A stretch of DNA of 64,000 bases, taken from NCBI GenBank assembly GCA_963786955.1, contig CAWBAT010000005.1, forward strand, positions 1,536,001 to 1,600,000. The letters run 5' to 3'. The notes beneath the pieces were generated by a model. It was not told where the DNA came from and did not search any database. It worked only from the letters and a program-made list of their open reading frames with translations. Of the stretch, positions 10,930-21,241 are shown piece after piece (the stretch's first letter is position 1; the number at the start of each line of letters is the position of its first letter). The position numbers and the translations under genes are program-made. This DNA is from an uncultured Acidimicrobiia bacterium (GTDB lineage: Bacteria; Acidobacteriota; Terriglobia; Versatilivoradales; Versatilivoraceae).

Positions 10930-11033
10930 ATCATGTGAAATCAGTCCACCCACCTCATGGACATGAAACTCCTTCCCGGTATTTCCAATAAACTCTAAGC
11001 CATACCCGGTTTCAGGGAAGGTGTGAAAAGATC

Positions 11034-11095
11034 ATAGTAACGATTTCAGTCGTTCCAGAGTCAGGTTGAAAAGAAACGACTAAAGTCGTCACTAC
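11034..11095. repeat. REP doublet (REPIN-like inverted pair)
   Basis: ATAGTAACGATTTCAGTCGTT ... AACGACTAAAGTCGTCACTAC: two short palindromes in inverted orientation with (G/A)TAG and CTAC ends. Confidence 0.65.
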
Positions 11096-11244
11096 AAACC
11101 CTCAATAAGCCCGCTCATCAATTCTTTCACGCCTCCCTTCTAGTGGAGGGGAGGAGAATTCGAACCCTCCGGGTGATGTAAAACCTGCGCAAAGGCCCAC
11201 GGAGGAAAAAACATCTCCGTGGCAACCAGCTTGAGCAGTGCCGC

Positions 11245-11274
11245 TGTAGCCGGGGACGCTGACCCCGGCCGGCC
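11245..11274 (+). repeat. GTAG-type REP palindrome
   Basis: TGTAGCCGGGGACGCTGACCCCGGCCGGCC is near-identical to the reverse complement of 35663-35692. Confidence 0.7.
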
Positions 11275-11352
11275 CGAGCGGAGCAAGGAACAGCGCAGAG
11301 ATCTGGTAACAAACAGCGATAAATGAATATGGCTAAGGAAGGAAATTTTGGT

Positions 11353-12333
11353 TCACACTTGAAGCGGGTAGCGACCGTAGCGCTCACCAGCCGCGAGATA
11401 TGCACGATAGCGACGCTCGGGAATCGGGATGAGATTGTCCGGGCCGAGGATGTAGCCGCCCCCGTCGCCCAACAAGCGGAGGGAGCGTTTGACTTCTTCT
11501 TCAATTTCTTCCGCAGTGCCCTGACTCAGCGCGTAATGCGTATCCATGCCTCCCATGAACGAGAGGCGATTGCCATAGAGCTCTTTCAGTTTGGCCCGAT
11601 CGTTGGTATTAGGTTGTACCGAATCGAGCACATCCACTCCAATTTCAATGAGATCCGGCACAATCTCCATGACGTTGCCGCAGGAATGGTGAAAGAGGAT
11701 GAGACCCGCTTCCTTGGCCGCCTTGTAGATGCGGGCCAGTTCCGGCTTAATCAATTTTCGCCACATGCGCGGAGACATCAAGAGAGACGCCTGGCCGCCA
11801 TAGTCGTCCTGGCAGCGGACAGCCTCCACTCCCAGTTCGATGTATTGCTTCAAAATGCCGATATCGAAATCCGCGATGCGGCGAAGCAGAGTCTGCACCG
11901 CTTCCGGATTCTCCGCCATCGCGACCATGAGGTCTTCCATTCCTGCCAAGGCGTGAGCTCGTTCAAACAGCAAGAGCGGTAACTCTCCCGCGAGGACAAT
12001 TTGCTTGCGATCGATCCCTGAGAGCAAACCGGCCATGAGCCCCGGATCGTCCGGACCGGGGAAGGGATACTCCTCAACTTTGGAGAGGTCGGTCAATGGA
12101 TGACCCACGGCGTAGGGCTGTACCATGGGCTCCCATTCCTGGCCGGCCGGAGTGCCTCCCTCCCAACGGACACCCCAAATATCGGTACCGGCCTGGGTCA
12201 TGCGGGAACCCCGATAATAAACTTTGATCATTCCGGGGATGACGCCGTCCATCCGCCGGACGGGTACGTGATGCGGGTTAGTCCGCTGGATCGCGCGCAG
12301 CAGGTTTTCTTTTTCGGAGATTGTGTCCGGCAC
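11353..12333 (-). CDS. URO-D / MtaA-CmuA family protein (paralogue 3)
   Basis: DIWGVRW, QDDYG, HHSCGN, FMGGMDT and GGGYILGP. Confidence 0.85.
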   Translation of the reverse strand: MPDTISEKENLLRAIQRTNPHHVPVRRMDGVIPGMIKVYYRGSRMTQAGTDIWGVRWEGGTPAGQEWEPMVQPYAVGHPLTDLSKVEEYPFPGPDDPGLMAGLLSGIDRKQIVLAGELPLLLFERAHALAGMEDLMVAMAENPEAVQTLLRRIADFDIGILKQYIELGVEAVRCQDDYGGQASLLMSPRMWRKLIKPELARIYKAAKEAGLILFHHSCGNVMEIVPDLIEIGVDVLDSVQPNTNDRAKLKELYGNRLSFMGGMDTHYALSQGTAEEIEEEVKRSLRLLGDGGGYILGPDNLIPIPERRYRAYLAAGERYGRYPLQV

Positions 12334-12346
12334 AGGGATTTACCTC

Positions 12347-13381
12347 TCAAGGATTGATCATCACTTTATTGTGTTCGTTGGAACTCATGATCTCGACCGC
12401 TTCGTGGATGCGAGAGAGGGGAAAGCGATGCGAGATAATGCTCTCCGTATTGACAAGCCCGGTTTCCATCAGGCGGATGGCTCGGGACATCGCCAAGGGA
12501 TTCGTTCCAAAACTCGCGTCCATGCGGCCTTCGAGAAAATGGGTGTAACCGCCATCCAACTCAAACTTCTCGTGGGTAGTAATGCCAAACACATTCCATT
12601 TCGTGCCGCGGCGACGGAGATCCACCATCAACTGAACGGCCTGGATTGGTCCGGCGGCTTCTATAATCACGTCCGGACCTTTGGGGATAATGGCGTAGAT
12701 TTTCTCCTTGGCATTTTCTTTGGCAGGATTCACTGTATGTGTCGCTCCGTGATTCCGGGCATTCTCGAGCGCAAAGTCGCTGGTGTCGACGGCGATCAGG
12801 CGACCCGCTCCGGCCGCCTTCGCGACCATGAGACACAGCAAACCAATACTCCCTACCCCGATGACGACCACGTCGTCTCCAATTTTCATTTCCGTATACT
12901 GAATCAGGCCTTTCCACGAGCCGGAGAGCGGCTCGGTGAGCGCCCCCGCGTCAAAGCTGATATTGGCCGGCTTTGGAAAGAGACAGCGATCCATGGTTTT
13001 CATGTACACCGCGAAAGCTCCGGGCCAGACATCTTTCGGCCCATCGCCCCCTGTGGTGAAGGCGTGCTCGCAATAATGTGAATAGCCGCTGCGGCAGTGC
13101 TCGCAAAACCCGCATGAGCCACTGGGCATGCAGATCACTTCGTCTCCAACGCTGAACTGGGTCACGCCGGGACCCACCTCTACCACGACACCGCTGGGCT
13201 CGTGTCCGGGGATGAGGGGGAAGTTCACGTTTTTCCGAATGCCTTTGATGGCTTTGTAGTCGGTTGCGCAGAAACCACAGGACTTAATTTGAACAACCAC
13301 CTCGCCATATTTTTCGGCGTGGGGAGGCGGGACGTCTTCCAGTCTAAGCTGATTAAAATCGTGAAGTACGGCTGCGAGCAT
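12347..13381 (-). CDS. Zn-dependent MDR alcohol/polyol dehydrogenase
   Basis: CGFCATD, GHE, structural Zn CGFCEHC..C, EPL and GVGSIG. Confidence 0.92.
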   Translation of the reverse strand: MLAAVLHDFNQLRLEDVPPPHAEKYGEVVVQIKSCGFCATDYKAIKGIRKNVNFPLIPGHEPSGVVVEVGPGVTQFSVGDEVICMPSGSCGFCEHCRSGYSHYCEHAFTTGGDGPKDVWPGAFAVYMKTMDRCLFPKPANISFDAGALTEPLSGSWKGLIQYTEMKIGDDVVVIGVGSIGLLCLMVAKAAGAGRLIAVDTSDFALENARNHGATHTVNPAKENAKEKIYAIIPKGPDVIIEAAGPIQAVQLMVDLRRRGTKWNVFGITTHEKFELDGGYTHFLEGRMDASFGTNPLAMSRAIRLMETGLVNTESIISHRFPLSRIHEAVEIMSSNEHNKVMINP

Positions 13382-13583
13382 GATGAAGTCTCCTTATGAT
13401 GATGCCCTGGGTGCGCGGGCATCCTGCCCGCTTTTCGTCATCTAAAAACCCATTCCTAGCCCCTCTGGAGGGAAGGAATTGAAACGAGGAGGACCTGTCC
13501 CTCGATGCCACTACCCACGACAAGCGGAATCAAGCCGTTTGTTGTGGCCACCCAACTGACCCGCGTCGCGGGGATAAGGGTAG

Positions 13584-13625
13584 CCACGATGAATCCGCTT
13601 TCAAGATTCATCGTGGGCTTTTTTT
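13584..13625 (+). terminator. Intrinsic terminator-like hairpin (also REP-like)
   Basis: Perfect 12-bp stem CCACGATGAATC/GATTCATCGTGG followed by GC and T7. Confidence 0.55.
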
Positions 13626-13652
13626 AGACCATGAACTTGGCCAATGTTTGGA

Positions 13653-13699
13653 ACCCACCCCTGGAGCCAAAGGCTCCGTCCCCTCCAGCGGAGGGGGAT
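13653..13699 (+). repeat. Short palindromic repeat family ACCCACCCCT-hairpin-CCCCTCC..GGAGGGG
   Basis: A second copy lies on the opposite strand at 62842-62887, with degenerate copies near 13449 and 11128. Confidence 0.6.
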
Positions 13700-13823
13700 C
13701 AAAGCGAGCCCCCTCGGGAGCAAAACGGCGTCGCGAAGCTCCGCCCTCCAAAATTTGCACTCTGCCTTCTGCCTCCTGTCTGCCGCCTTCTGCACTTCGG
13801 GGTCTGAACTCCGGACTTTTCCC

Positions 13824-14564
13824 TCATTTCGCTGTGAAGCCTCCGTCTACAATGACCGAGGAGCCAGTCATGTAGGAAGAAGCATCGGACGCCAGAAACA
13901 AGGCCACTTCGGCGACTTCTTCAGGCATTCCCAGCCGTTTGAGCATGGTCTCTTCGGCAACTTTGTGGATATTTTCCGAGCTGACGCCATTCCAGGCGGG
14001 CGTCAGGATTGGGCCCGGCAGAATCGAATTCACGCGGATGGTCGGGCTATAGTCCATCGCCAGGGATCGGGTCAGCGCCAGCAGGCCGCCTTTGGCAGCT
14101 TGATAAGGAGCATCGTTCGCGACGGCCACGATGCCCTGAATCGACGCCGTGAACACGATGGTCCCTCCTCCGCCCTTCAGCAGGTGAGGAATTGAATACT
14201 TGGCGCACAAGAAAGCGGCTCGCAGCGTCACATCGATCGTGCGCTGCCAATCCTCCAAGCTGGCTTCCACGGCTGGTTTGGCGACACGCCAGTAGGCGTT
14301 ACTGTGCAGAATATTCAAATGACCATAGGTTCTGATCGTCTCCTCCACCAACGCTTCGATCTCGGCGGGTACGGCGAGGTCCGTGTGCACAAAAATAGCC
14401 CGGCCACCGGCTTCTTGAATGGATTGCACGGTCTGCGCACCGTCTTTCTTGTTCACGTCGGCAACCACTACCGCTGCTCCTTCACGAGCAAAAAGCAGGG
14501 CCGTGGCCCGGCCAATCCCCGTTGCCGCTCCCGTGATGATGGCGACTCTATCTTTCAATCTCAT
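13824..14564 (-). CDS. Short-chain dehydrogenase/reductase (SDR)
   Basis: TGAATGIG, YQAAK and DGG. Likely start is MRLKDRV. Confidence 0.92.
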   Translation of the reverse strand: MRLKDRVAIITGAATGIGRATALLFAREGAAVVVADVNKKDGAQTVQSIQEAGGRAIFVHTDLAVPAEIEALVEETIRTYGHLNILHSNAYWRVAKPAVEASLEDWQRTIDVTLRAAFLCAKYSIPHLLKGGGGTIVFTASIQGIVAVANDAPYQAAKGGLLALTRSLAMDYSPTIRVNSILPGPILTPAWNGVSSENIHKVAEETMLKRLGMPEEVAEVALFLASDASSYMTGSSVIVDGGFTAK

Positions 14565-14612
14565 GACCGACCTCATGATCTTTGAACTTCCGAACAAACG
14601 ATTCGGTAATAG

Positions 14613-15677
14613 TCACGACGTCCTCACTTCCACATGCCCGCTCGGAGAGATCCGCCAAACGCCCGAGGTGCTGTTGAAGAAAACGACTTTGAGTTCGAGT
14701 TCGAGGCTCTGCCCTGCAGCCAGGCGACGAGCCGTCCCTTTCTGGATAGCCACTTCCAGCCCTTGTCCGGGATAGCTGCTGACGGGTTCCACGGCCAGCG
14801 TGTACCACCGGCCAAAAAAGGGATAACCGAAAGTGCCATTGTATTCCTGGAAGCACCAGACATAAGGCAGCACTTCAAGGGGCCAGGTCAATCCGATGCC
14901 GAAGCCAAGCTGGGTGTTCGTGACGGCATACCAGCCTTCGGCAAGATCCGTGAAATATCCCAGCATGGTCATTTTCGCTCCCGGAGGTTGCGGACGCGCC
15001 AAATCGACAGTGTGGCCGTTCCGGTCTTCGACCTGTGGCCAGAACCAACGGCTCCCCGGACGGATTGGGTTATTCGGTGGGTCGTATCGATCATCCGCTT
15101 CATAATGGCGGGCCGGAATGTCGAGTCGGCAATGCTCGCTCACGAAAGGAGCACCAAATGCCGGATGGTGGCCCCACATAAATTCCATTTCCTCAGCCCC
15201 TTCGTTGGTGAGCCGCTCATGAATCGTCAGGATAGGAGCATCGGCTGCGAGGCTCATGAGGCGTTCCAGGTGGAAGGGCGTTCTGATCGTGTGCACATCG
15301 AAACGCGCCGCAACCTTGTGGCCGCCTTCTTCGATGATCGTATAGTTCCAGGGCAGATTAGTCACTTCTCCATGAAATGGCAACTCCGCGCCCTTGTACG
15401 GGCAGGCTGCGCCACCATTCGGAAACAACTCTTGCCAACCGCCCGGGTAGTAGTCCATCCAGGCAGCAAGAGGATCCGGCGCTGAAAAAGTGACACTCCC
15501 AGGATCTTTAATCCCCCCGGCGGCCTTCCACAAAACGTCCAGATGCTGGGGCTTATAAATCAGCCGATAGATATCGGCTCCCTTGTCTACAAGGACCGTG
15601 ACAGCCATCCACTGGTTTTCCAAGGTGACGGCGCGAAGGTCGCGAGCGAGACGCGATTCATTGATTGAGCAGTCCAT
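14613..15677 (-). CDS. Aldose-1-epimerase / galactose-mutarotase-like protein (DUF4432-like)
   Basis: GGWQELFP, HGE, WGHHPAFG and AVEP motifs. Confidence 0.75.
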   Translation of the reverse strand: MDCSINESRLARDLRAVTLENQWMAVTVLVDKGADIYRLIYKPQHLDVLWKAAGGIKDPGSVTFSAPDPLAAWMDYYPGGWQELFPNGGAACPYKGAELPFHGEVTNLPWNYTIIEEGGHKVAARFDVHTIRTPFHLERLMSLAADAPILTIHERLTNEGAEEMEFMWGHHPAFGAPFVSEHCRLDIPARHYEADDRYDPPNNPIRPGSRWFWPQVEDRNGHTVDLARPQPPGAKMTMLGYFTDLAEGWYAVTNTQLGFGIGLTWPLEVLPYVWCFQEYNGTFGYPFFGRWYTLAVEPVSSYPGQGLEVAIQKGTARRLAAGQSLELELKVVFFNSTSGVWRISPSGHVEVRTS

Positions 15678-15692
15678 GAAGGGCCTCCTTTT

Positions 15693-16658
15693 TTACGCTG
15701 CCTTCCAGGCGACAAGGTTGTCCTTGCGCTCCTGACGGATCAGCCCGAAGTTTTCCAAACGCTGTAAGTGTCCACTGAATGGAAAAGTGGCATCTCCCAC
15801 GCAGGACTCGGCCGGCCAATTGCCAATCCGGCTACTCAAAGTCAGGATGATCTCTTTCAACGTCAGGGTGGACCGGGCTTCGCGAATTGTTTGCAGGATG
15901 CCTTCCTCCAATCGCTGGGCGAAAAACAGACTGCCATACAGAAACTCCGTCACTTGCTTGCCACGCATCACGGGAAAGTGCCCGGTGAGCAGGGTCTCAA
16001 TAGGCAAATTCAACAGGGCCTTGATGCTGCTTAGATACGTGTCCACATAGAGATAGGTTGGAGGTAAGGTGATCCGCTGGCCTTCGGCATCCGGGACACC
16101 CTCTCCTAGGACGGCATCTCCGATGGCTGCCAAGCGATTCTTGGCGTCGTAGACACAGAGATGACCATAGGTGTGTCCGGGCACATGCAACACTTTCAGT
16201 TCCCAATCTAGTTGGAGGCGGAGCGTTTCCCCGCCTTCCAGGCCAATATCAATAGGGACTCCGGATTTACAGAATCGGCGCACCCAATCGGCTGCTTCAG
16301 GGCTGATCCCGAGCCCATGGTTAAGGTAGAACTGGTTGTAGCGTTCTTCGATCAACCGCTCGACATCCTCAATCAGCGGCACATCGAGATTGTGTGCCAT
16401 CAGGAGTGCTTGTGGCGCGAGGCGCTTTAGGGCCTGATTGCCTCCCAGATGATCTCCATCTGCATGGCTTACCAGCGCGTAATGCAACCGCCCGAGGTCG
16501 AGGCCGATGGATTTAAGATAAGGAGAGACGACGGTTTCAATGCTGGAATCCAAGCCAGTATCAAAGAGCAATACTTTTTCGCCGACAAAGAGGTATTGAT
16601 GAACAACCCGTTCCCCCATGGGCGTGCTGACGCGGTGAATATTGGGGAGGATTTCCAC
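15693..16658 (-). CDS. Metallo-beta-lactamase-fold hydrolase
   Basis: FDTG, SHADGDHLGG (HxHxDH variant), PGHT, GDA and TGH. Confidence 0.85.
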   Translation of the reverse strand: MEILPNIHRVSTPMGERVVHQYLFVGEKVLLFDTGLDSSIETVVSPYLKSIGLDLGRLHYALVSHADGDHLGGNQALKRLAPQALLMAHNLDVPLIEDVERLIEERYNQFYLNHGLGISPEAADWVRRFCKSGVPIDIGLEGGETLRLQLDWELKVLHVPGHTYGHLCVYDAKNRLAAIGDAVLGEGVPDAEGQRITLPPTYLYVDTYLSSIKALLNLPIETLLTGHFPVMRGKQVTEFLYGSLFFAQRLEEGILQTIREARSTLTLKEIILTLSSRIGNWPAESCVGDATFPFSGHLQRLENFGLIRQERKDNLVAWKAA

Positions 16659-16678
16659 GGTTCTGCTCCTTTCACGGG

Positions 16679-17800
16679 TCAGGTCAAGAAGGATTTTGGG
16701 TGACTCTTAACCGTCTGCTCTTTGGCCAAAGATAGAATCTCATGAGCCTCCTCGATCGTCTTACCATCCAGCCAAACACAAAGCCCTCGAGACGACAGGG
16801 CCTTGAGGATCTCCTCGTACTCTTTCAAGGTGAAGTTCTCATACAAGTCCTTGCTAAGTATGAGCGCCTTGCCGTGCTCTTGAATGCGCTGCAAGACAGG
16901 GATGGCCTTATCAATTGAAATTCCAGTCGGATCCATATTGATATTGAAAGCCCTGAGATTCGGGAGATTGGCTTCCAGGATGAGATCGACGATATGGAGC
17001 GACGGGGAATGCAGGTGAAATACTGAATAGGGGAAAACCAGGGCTCGTCGGGTAGAAGCGAGAAACAGGTCCTGGTAGAAGTCCCGGGAAATCATGGTGG
17101 AAGCGTCTTCCTGATACCACACCGCGGGCTGCGGCGCCCAGATGCCGAACCAGCGTAGAACATAGCCGCTATAGAATCGAGGGACCGCATGCAGTTGAGA
17201 TTGGGCGGCATCCATCCAGGCGCTGGCTGCCATGTGCGCTAGCGTCTGAATCCTCTCAGGTTGATCGTAGAATGATAGTAAGAAAGACTCTGATCCCAGC
17301 ATGGCAAATAGGATGTCGGATGGCCCCCGGAGATGACCGACTGAAACCGGGTAGCGTCCGGCAGCATGGCGGGCCGCGGCTCTCAAGAAATCGATTGAGG
17401 TTTGCAGCCAGCGGTTATCCGGAGAGACGGAGATGCTCTGAATATTTTGAGGAGAGTGCACGGGCCTGGCCGCCATCGCACCCGTACTGGAAACGTGAAT
17501 CGGGCAACCGACCATCGCTTCCAGCCAGGGGACGCCCAACACTGGCTCAGCTGCGACAAGATAGTCGTCTCCAATTTCTTCATGCATCGCCGCCAGCCGG
17601 TCATACTCTTCCATGACGACTGCTGCGTCCACTGCGTCGGGCTCAAGGGCGCCCCCGACTAGGGTGGAACAAAACCGCTTGGTCGGGGCGTATACATCGA
17701 CCGGGACAACCAGCAACGGCCGGTCTACTTCTTCCAAATCCCAGAATTTTTGATGGCGTTCTAACAACGCCTGCATATCTCTCTGTTTCTGTGCCAACAT
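16679..17800 (-). CDS. Divergent URO-D/MtaA-like TIM-barrel protein (paralogue 4)
   Basis: FW..EEVDRP, LRGPSD, QEDASTMIS and FHLHS. This resembles the divergent URO-D-like hypothetical family. Confidence 0.6.
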   Translation of the reverse strand: MLAQKQRDMQALLERHQKFWDLEEVDRPLLVVPVDVYAPTKRFCSTLVGGALEPDAVDAAVVMEEYDRLAAMHEEIGDDYLVAAEPVLGVPWLEAMVGCPIHVSSTGAMAARPVHSPQNIQSISVSPDNRWLQTSIDFLRAAARHAAGRYPVSVGHLRGPSDILFAMLGSESFLLSFYDQPERIQTLAHMAASAWMDAAQSQLHAVPRFYSGYVLRWFGIWAPQPAVWYQEDASTMISRDFYQDLFLASTRRALVFPYSVFHLHSPSLHIVDLILEANLPNLRAFNINMDPTGISIDKAIPVLQRIQEHGKALILSKDLYENFTLKEYEEILKALSSRGLCVWLDGKTIEEAHEILSLAKEQTVKSHPKSFLT

Positions 17801-18181
17801 GCCAGATCGTTTCTAGGGGACTGTTTATTGAGAACAGCAGATTGGAGTGGCCACACCAAAATCACCGTATAGAAAAGAACGGAGAGATCATTTGATCGCA
17901 AATGATTCGGCGGTCCTCCCTTGGTTAAACAATGTCAGCAATTGATGGTCCAGACCAAGTTCCGAGCCGAATGCCTCCTTGACCCTACGTAACTGATTGA
18001 AACAAAATGACCCAAGTAATCCCAGCTTTCTCCCGTGAATGGATGAATTCTCGCAATACTGGGGATATCGGCGCAGTAGCGGGGGAGGAGGAGATAGAAA
18101 GCAGAAGGCAAAAAGCAGAAGCATCCTTAATGCTTCATGCCGACCCAATGAATTTTGGTTTGTTATTCCGTGCTGCCAAGA

Positions 18182-20799
18182 CTATTCATGATTCAGTTCC
18201 AGAGCCATCATTTCCCACGGAGAAAGAGACAGGCCAATGTTTTTCGCCCCTTGTAGCTTTGGAGCCGGCTTGTCTGGAACAGGTTTCCCCTCGAAATCCA
18301 CTCTTCTGGCCGAGGTCGTGGGATCAGATAGAGTCAATGTTGAACTGCGTTTCTCAGCGGAAAAATTTGACAGCCAGAGAGTCGTTTGTTTCTGACCTCG
18401 ATCAATTCGAAAAATCGCGACAGCCGGATCGTCAGTGGAAACCAATGACCGCGAAATCTGTGAAGTCCCTTCAGCTAGCTCCGCCACCGCCCCTAACAGC
18501 GATTCGGCAAGAAGATAGCTTTCACTTGCTGAAAAAGAACTACCCGTCTTCAGGCTCCAACGCCAGCGAAAACTTCCTTTGTGAGTTTCCCGCGCAATCA
18601 TGTTCCTCAAGATAGTGCGACCCTGTTCATTCTTCTTGAAGAACTGTTGCGTGCCTGCATGTGCAAGAACTATAGCCTCCTTCGGGGTTTCAAGCCGGAC
18701 ATAGTGAAGAGCGGTGAACTGATCTTTGTCACTTTGTTCTTCCCCAAAAGGAAAGTCGCGATGGACCGTGACCGGCTCAAACGGCACTTCCAGTTCTGCA
18801 AGAGCGAGGTAGGCCATTTGTGGATAAGTGTGTAATTCAGTACAAATGTCAATTCGCTTGACCCCCCGATAAAGCCGGGCTCGAGCTTCGACCCAGGCCG
18901 CTGGGTACTCCGTGGTTGCAAGGGTCAAGATGCCACCTTTCGCAAAAAGGGAGTGACAAAGTGGGCCACTTGCTTCCACGGAAGTGTTGTATGTGATTTC
19001 TCCGAAAGTCTTGGCGCGGAAGTTTTCTCCAGTATTTGGTGCTGGCCACAACGTTTCATTCACTCGTCGAATCTCACCCGAGAACGGTCGGAACAGAAGA
19101 GTCTGACCGGACTGAAGGTCTCGTATGGAGAACGCGGAGTCCTTGGACTCCCACCGAACTGTATAGAATTCATTAGTGATCTCCTTGGACTTAGGTGATT
19201 GTCCTGGAGCCGCGTGGGGCTTTTGCGTGAGGCGAAATGTCTTTAAACCGTAGGGGGGAAGGGCAGCGAGAATCGCAAACTTCGGGTTTTCGTTAAGATA
19301 CGAAGGTTCGATTCTTTGCACCTCCAGTTCCTGGCTCCCACCATGACAACTGAAGGTTGACTTTGCGTCCAGGGGCGCTTCAAACACGATCGGTTGTTTG
19401 TCTTGCTGAGCTGTTGGATTTTGGCAGACCAAAATTTGTTCACTTTTTCCACCAGATGAAGGGAGCAGACTGGAATAGATGGTCCTGCGGACATCGGCCA
19501 CCTCAGCATCAATCTCCCGGTAAATCATGGCGGCAACTTCCAACATGCTGGTGTTCACTTTCTTGTACTGCATGGGGTAGTCAGCCACAATGAAGAAGTC
19601 ATGGTTTTGGGTGACCATGAGTTTTTTCCAGAGATCTTCGACCTTCTTGTTCAAGTTCGGATGGGGAGCGATCGACAGGAGTTGCTCCAGTGCTTTCAGT
19701 TTGGCTTCAAGGCGGCGATCTTCTTTCATGAGAAAATCGCCCTGGAAACCCCATCCTCCCATTTTCTCCCACAGCATGCCCTGGTTCTGAGGCCACCCGA
19801 ATGTAAAAGTGGCGTCATCGAGACGGATGTATTCCGACGGAAATTGCTCGCCGGGCTTGCACCGCTGATTCATGTATTCACTGATACCAACGAGCTGAAC
19901 TCCTTCGGCTTGGAGCGCCTGAATTCCTTTTTCGTAGGCCAAATAACTGCCCCCCAGTCCAAGCCTGGCGGCCATACTTCCGCCCAGAGGGTGAGCAGAG
20001 GTGTGTTGAACTGCCGTGCGGGACCTAACTCTTTTTCGAACGTCTGATTCTGTTTCAGGAGCGAGATCATTAATTCGTTATTCGGGATTGTATCGATTGA
20101 CGTGCCGTCGAGGCCGCGCCACTGTACGACAGGTTCGCGGATTTCACGGGTTGTGCCGTTATTGTGGCTTTGTAGGGAGGCATGACGAAACCCCGAGAGT
20201 TTCAAAAGTTGCGGCATCTGGGGATGGAAGATGATCTCCTCAACCAGAAAAAGGTCAACTTCTTTACTGAAGACGTTGCGGACTACCGCACGGCCTTCCA
20301 CCAGTTGCCGTACATTGGATTGCCATCCGACCAGCTGCGAATAGGGCTGGGTGTAAGTGCCTCCGACTATGTCGATCCGCCCCTGGTTCACGTACTTTTG
20401 CATTTTGTTCCGAACGAATTCCGGATCCTCTTCAAAGATTGTTTCATAGGCATAGGAGTCAAATTCAAGACAGATCGCGGCTGAGGGCCAGCGGTCCAGA
20501 GCATCCATGGTTTTCTGAATCGAATAGAAAATGGAGTAAGCTTGGTTGTAGCGCTTTCCGGCAACGTCTCCTTCACGGAATAAAAAGCCCACACCGGAAT
20601 GGTGCCAATGGTTCACAATCGCCAGGTAGATCGGACCGTTTGAAGAATCAACCTTTTGAAGAAAACCGGCTGCAGGGGTGACCAGAGCGGCCTTCATGAA
20701 ATCTCTCCGACTGATAGAGTACAGATTATAGTCCGACGGTGGTACGACTGGAGAGGCTTGTGCATCTCGCTGGGCATGGCAGGAAAATTTGTAGAGCAT
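18182..20799 (-). CDS. Tat-exported GH38 (alpha-mannosidase)-like glycoside hydrolase, split by a 1-nt frameshift near 19950-19955
   Basis: ORF 19870..20799 has SRRDFMK, HWH, IVGGTYTQP, RQLVEG, PQMPQLL and WRGLDGT. ORF 18182..19975 has QNHD and a C-terminal LSPWE. One extra G in a G6 run fuses them (DW-GG-SYL). Confidence 0.7.
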
Positions 20800-21241
20800 G
20801 TTGTCTCCTAGCCCGAAGGCTGATAAAGGAGGGATCGTGTAGTAGTAGAATTGAGAAAAGTTTCTTTACTATTCGACGATTCTGATCCCTCTCAATCTTC
20901 GCCTTAGCAAATGAAATCAGAGAGGGTTGAGCAACGAAAACAGATGGTTTCGCATGAAGTCGCCGAAGATCGGGAAACCCTTTAGAAGCTATGCCGGGAC
21001 TGAATCCTTCGGTACCTGTATCATACCTTTATGCCCAACCCCGAGACCCTGAATATTTTACAACCCACAAATCTTTGCGGCAAACAACAATGAATGCTTC
21101 AGCATCTGTTGCTCTCTGAAGGCAGTGAACACTGGTATTCCAACTCATCGATGAATCTCTACACTAGGCAGGATAATGAAGGAAGAGAAGGGTCCAAAAG
21201 TGATTCACTTTCATACCAAAGAGGCTTTGGCGAACGACAAG

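Noticed and set aside
13760-18122. Short CTGCCTT/GCAGAAG heptamer-like runs at about 13760-13795 and 18097-18122
   Set aside because: Only a few imperfect units of low-complexity intergenic sequence, with no evidence of function.
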